Positions 59,723 to 64,000 of a DNA stretch of 64,000 nt are shown one piece after another. Each line of letters begins with the position of its first letter. Position 1 is the stretch's first letter. The stretch is taken from contig NC_088855.1 of NCBI RefSeq assembly GCF_963853765.1, forward strand, positions 36,766,001 to 36,830,000, read 5' to 3'. The position numbers and the translations under genes are program-made. Origin of the DNA: Magallana gigas. Its lineage: Eukaryota. Under the pieces are notes generated by a model that searched no databases, was not told where the DNA came from, and saw nothing but the letters and a program-made list of their open reading frames with translations.

Positions 59723-61458
59723 CTATACATATTGGAACGTAAAGTTCAAACACGAGAACAGTAATGGGGGATTTTCAGCATAGCTAAATATCTTCATCAC
59801 CAAAATTTGTTCTTTTACCTATAAAAAAAAAATGTTCAACATTTACCAATCCCAATTCATATTTAAGAATTTGATAACGCTGTGACATCTGTTTCCAATA
59901 ACTAGTGATACCAAATTTTTTTTCGATAAAATCAACATTAGACAAAAAGAGGGGGGATGAAAAAAAATGGCGTTGGAAATTAAAACTGAAAGTGCGCAGA
60001 ATACAGAAAAATCCTCGGCAAACAGGAATAAGCGTCAATGTCTAACAGGTCACTCTAGTAAAATAAGATCATTGAAAAGTTTATCTCCACATATGAGAAA
60101 TTAATTTCTTAAGGAAGAAATACTGCAAACAATGACTTTTGATAGAATATCTTCTTTCAGGAATTTATCTCTCATTGATATCATTGATTTGCCTGGGCAA
60201 TGATAAAAGAAACCCAATAGATCAAAAGAGGTAGTAACAGGCTACCTACGTATGATCTGAAAAGGAACTTACGAGTGGTGGCTGTCGTAATGGGAAATCA
60301 GTATAAGAATATTGGATTCTTTCTGTAAACGAAGAAATTATTCGTATAAAGCAAAGTCATCGTTGTAAAAATAAGGGCTAGTAACCCAAATTATTAAAAA
60401 TGAAAGATCTTTAAAAAGAATTAACAATTTCTTTACTCACCTCCTTTTTCCAAAGGACATTTTTGTTGCATCTTTGGGACTTTTAGGATGTCACTGCAAG
60501 TTATATCTTCGTCCAATGAGAAAATTGGGGTATTTCCTAAGTAAAATTCCACGTACATCCGACCCTTGTTGAAGTCAGTAGCTGTTTTAAAGAAGAATTA
60601 ATATAATAACTAAATGATAAATGAGTCGTTCTTTTATATTTTTCCTCCACAAATACAACATTGTATAACTATTTATCTTACGACTGATCATGTCTACAGA
60701 AAACGTGACCGGTTTTCCAAATTCGATTATTTTGGGTATCCACGTGACGTTCAGGTGAGCTCCTTTTGGTCCTAATGAGGAAAAATCCATTTATGAGCAT
60801 ATTTTTTTTAATTTATGTTTTATTTCACTTATAATTAAGGGGTGTAGGAAACCCTCGTTTTGAAACAAAACTGTCTTTCGAAATAAACTACAAATATATC
60901 TTTTTTCTCTTGTTTTATACAAAGGAACTTCAGTTGGTTACGAATGTAAATTTTGTTATACATTTTGCACCTTAATAAGTTCTGAAATCTAAAAAAGTCC
61001 ATTTTCAATATTTTAAAACAGTGGTAAAACTTTGTACTCTCATCCATATAAAGATCTCAGAGTATTCCATACGACCTTAATTTCAGTCTTACTGTGTGTC
61101 TTAAAGGTATTCTTTACAAGTATAAAGATGGAACGGTCCATAGAACTATCATCGTACCACAAACCACAGCAGTTCCTGTGTTATTGTCGGCATTATCATC
61201 TCCCAAGGTAACAGCTTCGGAAGCGTTCGCCAGCAGCTGAGACAGTAAATATCCGAGGTTTTTCTTTTCATGGGGAGCTTCCATCTCTCCATGTGACTCG
61301 TCTCTTATTCCGCCAAATCGGATGATCTCCTTGATACTGATTTTCTTGTCGAAAACAACATAGGTTGGGTGGTCCCTGCCTTCTCCGTCCTCTTTGGAGA
61401 ACGAAAGACTAATGAAGACAATGATGGAAGCCAAAAACTGTACAGCCAAGCTTTTCAT
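59723..61458 (-). CDS. ML-10: secreted ML-domain protein, LY96/LY86-like, 225 aa (most divergent domain)
   Basis: Exons 61458-61158, 60771-60682, 60581-60441, 60322-60273, 59818-59723 (301+90+141+50+96 nt). Domain: C|GPKGAHLNVTWIPKIIEFGKPVTFSVDMIS|PTDFNKGRMYVEFYLGNTPIFSLDEDITCSDILKVPKMQQKCPLEKG|ERIQYSYTDFPLRQPPL|VKEQILVMKIFSYAENPPLLFSCLNFTFQYV*. Confidence 0.88.
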
Positions 61459-62165
61459 GATAAAAATCTGTTTGAAAAAAAAAACACCCACAAAGTCATC
61501 AGAAACAGTTTGAGATTTTAACTCAATTCGTCATCTTTGTATGTAAATGTGAGCAAAGGTGTGAAACCGGTGTAATACAGTTTTATGCAACCTTGGGGTG
61601 AAAACATTGATTTTAATCCTACTAGGTTTCCATTAATATTTTTATAAAAGCTGAAACGTGTGGAGACACCCTACTGTTGGGGAAAACTACTGTATAGAAG
61701 CTTTTCCCCCCAGGGGGAACGACTATTACATAGCAGGTTTTCCGGGGAAAAGCTACTATGGAGGAAAAACTGCTCTTAAACACCGACCCTAGACATTTCA
61801 TTATTATCATAACTCGGTTTGTTCACTAAAAAGAAAAAAATATTACTGAACGGTCAACAAATTAACCCTCAAATGTACATGTGGACATGATTTCTATAGA
61901 CGTAAAATATTTAATAAAGAAACATTCTTAATATATTAGCTTAGTGAAAGATTTTAATATTTGTTATCATGTCTGGTTAAGTGGCTCTATACTACTTAAT
62001 GTGGCCATAAAAAGGAGTTTCGAAAAAGTAATGCATATATAGTACTATACCGTTACGGTAGCAAACCAAAACTATGAGTTCGTGAAGTGTATACTTGCAA
62101 AAAATAGTTATGATTAAACCCCCATACAGTATTTTCATTTTTTTTTTTTTTGCTGTTGTTCTTAC

Positions 62166-62254
62166 CTTTTAGAGTAACTGGTGTACGTACATGTATAATT
62201 TCGATTTGATATAAACTCCTGGGAAATCTAGTATATGGAATGTAACTTCCTGGT
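62166..62254 (-). promoter_or_regulatory. Putative non-coding first exon of ML-10
   Basis: ACCAGGAAGT (62254-62245) and donor AAG|GTAAGA at 62166/62165; acceptor TTCAAACAG|ATTTTTATCATG before the ATG. Confidence 0.55.
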
Positions 62255-63335
62255 TATTTCATCGATTCCATGCATCAATGCATTGCGACCCCACATAGGA
62301 CTACCTGAAACTTAGCGTCTTATTTTTCAGTTATAATTGGTCCATGCTATCATCTTTATACCAAATGAAGTTACATTCTAGTCACAGCTGACATCTTAAG
62401 ACATTTAAACATTTGTTAGTTAACTGATTTTATTCAGCACCATATTCGGTTACTTCAACAACTTCATCTTTAATTGAAAAAAACCCTTAAAATGACCAAA
62501 AGCCTGCATGAGATATAAATAAATAACATTGTCATCCAAAGGAATAATATACTGTAATCTCATGGAGGCTCTGTAGTCAACAATTTCCGCCTAAAATCCA
62601 CCTTATTTTTTTTAGATAAGAATATATAGCTATTATCCCTTATTTAGTAATGAAAAATTCTAAATATTCAAAATTAAACAATAGAATATTTCTCCTTCAT
62701 TTTTTTACAGAGCTTTTTCTTCTCAAAGACATTAATTAATATAGTCTAAAAAGGGACCAGACCATCAAGCCATTAATTTCATTTGCACCTTAAAATTCAA
62801 TGAACAAGAAAATCATAAAACAGTCTTGGTTTTGAAAGTTTTATGCACCATATTATGATTTGATTTTTTTAACATACATTAACATTGACATGCTAAGAAT
62901 ATAAATACATGTACTGGATTGTTTAGATACAATGGAAGAAAAAAAAAAGCTTTATCATAGGAGAAGCATGCTGCATAATCTAATTACCTGAAATCAACTA
63001 TTTTTCTGATTCATATAAATACATTCTCAGATAAATTAACAATCAAGAAGAGAAAATTTATCAATACCGTCCTACAATCAAATAACACATAAAAAGCTGT
63101 ACAGTATAACATATTTTAAGTTGGAAGACTTAATTTTTAAAAAATCAAAGGAAAATGTAGTTTCTTCACTAACAGTGAACAAAATGCATGATTTTTGTGT
63201 CGCCTTTGCACAAGTTGTATTTTTACACAAAATCTGCAGTAACATACTCAACCTCTAAATGTTCAAAGCATTTGAGCTGTCTCCCAACATGGGTAAGATA
63301 AACAATTACCACTGACTTTTTATCAAGAAATGATA

Positions 63336-63539
63336 TACTGTATACAGTGAGATATTCACCTCAGTTTTATTTTTGCCCCATTTGCCCTCATTATCAGAAG
63401 GCATATTAAGACTGGACTAATTCCAATGCCTCAAATAATCTGTCTTTAAACACAACTATGTTTGGGTGAATAGGGCAAAACCATTGGAAAGTATAAAGGA
63501 TGAAAATTACACAGGGCAAAAATAACCCTGTATACAGTA
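63336..63539. mobile_element. MITE-like element (TACTGTATACAG...CTGTATACAGTA), copy 2
   Basis: 12 bp TIR; interior homologous to 89-289. Confidence 0.75.
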
Positions 63540-63840
63540 ATGATGGATGAAGCACCCTTAAAAGCCAAGGGAAATAAAATTACAGTACATGTAGGATTTC
63601 CTGCTACTGAAAAGTTTGACGACCATAATTTCTGAATACAACCTACCAATAATGAATACTAAATTGTATATATTTTTACTCTGTTTCATACATGCATGCA
63701 CATTATAAATCGTTCTTGGTTACACACATATACATGTTCATGTATACAGATAACAAGTTCAGCATTTACTAACATTAAACACTTGTGTGGGCAAAAATAC
63801 CCAAATTAATGCATGGTTCTAATAATAAAAATGTCAAAAC

Positions 63841-63999
63841 TTAGTTAAAGAAGAATAATTTCATCTGATAACACGTAATGAGGAGTACTAGCAAAATAGG
63901 AATGTATCCCAAGAGTAGTCCCCCTTGATGCATAGCTGTGCTGTCAGAAGCTGCGGTCCAAGATCGGATGTCTAATCTGGTTGCCTGTCCGTTGTGCAC
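63841..63999 (-). CDS. Possible last coding exon of the right flanking gene, with a hydrophobic C-terminus (TM or GPI-signal-like)
   Basis: Frame open from the window edge: VHNGQATRLDIRSWTAASDSTAMHQGGLLLGYIPILLVLLITCYQMKLFFFN*. GC higher than neighbouring DNA; truncated by the window. Confidence 0.45.
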   Translation of the reverse strand: MHNGQATRLDIRSWTAASDSTAMHQGGLLLGYIPILLVLLITCYQMKLFFFN

Positions 64000-64000
64000 A

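Noticed and set aside
3298-61458. Labelling the array NPC2 or GM2-activator
   Set aside because: Only four core Cys (NPC2 has six), and the exon sizes and phases match my recollection of LY96/LY86 rather than NPC2. No gene symbol is given because orthology is untested.

Overview
AT-rich, intron-rich eukaryotic DNA. The repeat content and gene families suggest a bivalve mollusc, probably an oyster (inferred, not verified). The window is dominated by a ~58 kb head-to-tail array of ten intact minus-strand genes (ML-1 to ML-10, left to right) encoding secreted MD-2-related lipid-recognition (ML) domain proteins. I reconstructed all ten by hand; each has five coding exons with GT-AG introns in phases 1,1,1,0 and an open frame of 215-261 aa. 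All four intron positions and the four core cysteines line up with vertebrate MD-2 (LY96)/MD-1 (LY86) as I recall those genes, not with NPC2. Unlike MD-2, each protein carries a long, variable N-terminal extension with a conserved EIIRFG-type motif. Several copies share an upstream non-coding exon with a TATA-like box, an ACCAGGAAGT (ETS-like) motif and a (TC)n tract after the donor site. Also present: a C1q-domain gene inside the array, two orphan ML exon relics, a decayed intron-containing DDE transposase, several MITE/Helitron-type repeats, two long palindromes with GCGAAGC loops, microsatellites, and terminal exons of two unidentified flanking genes.
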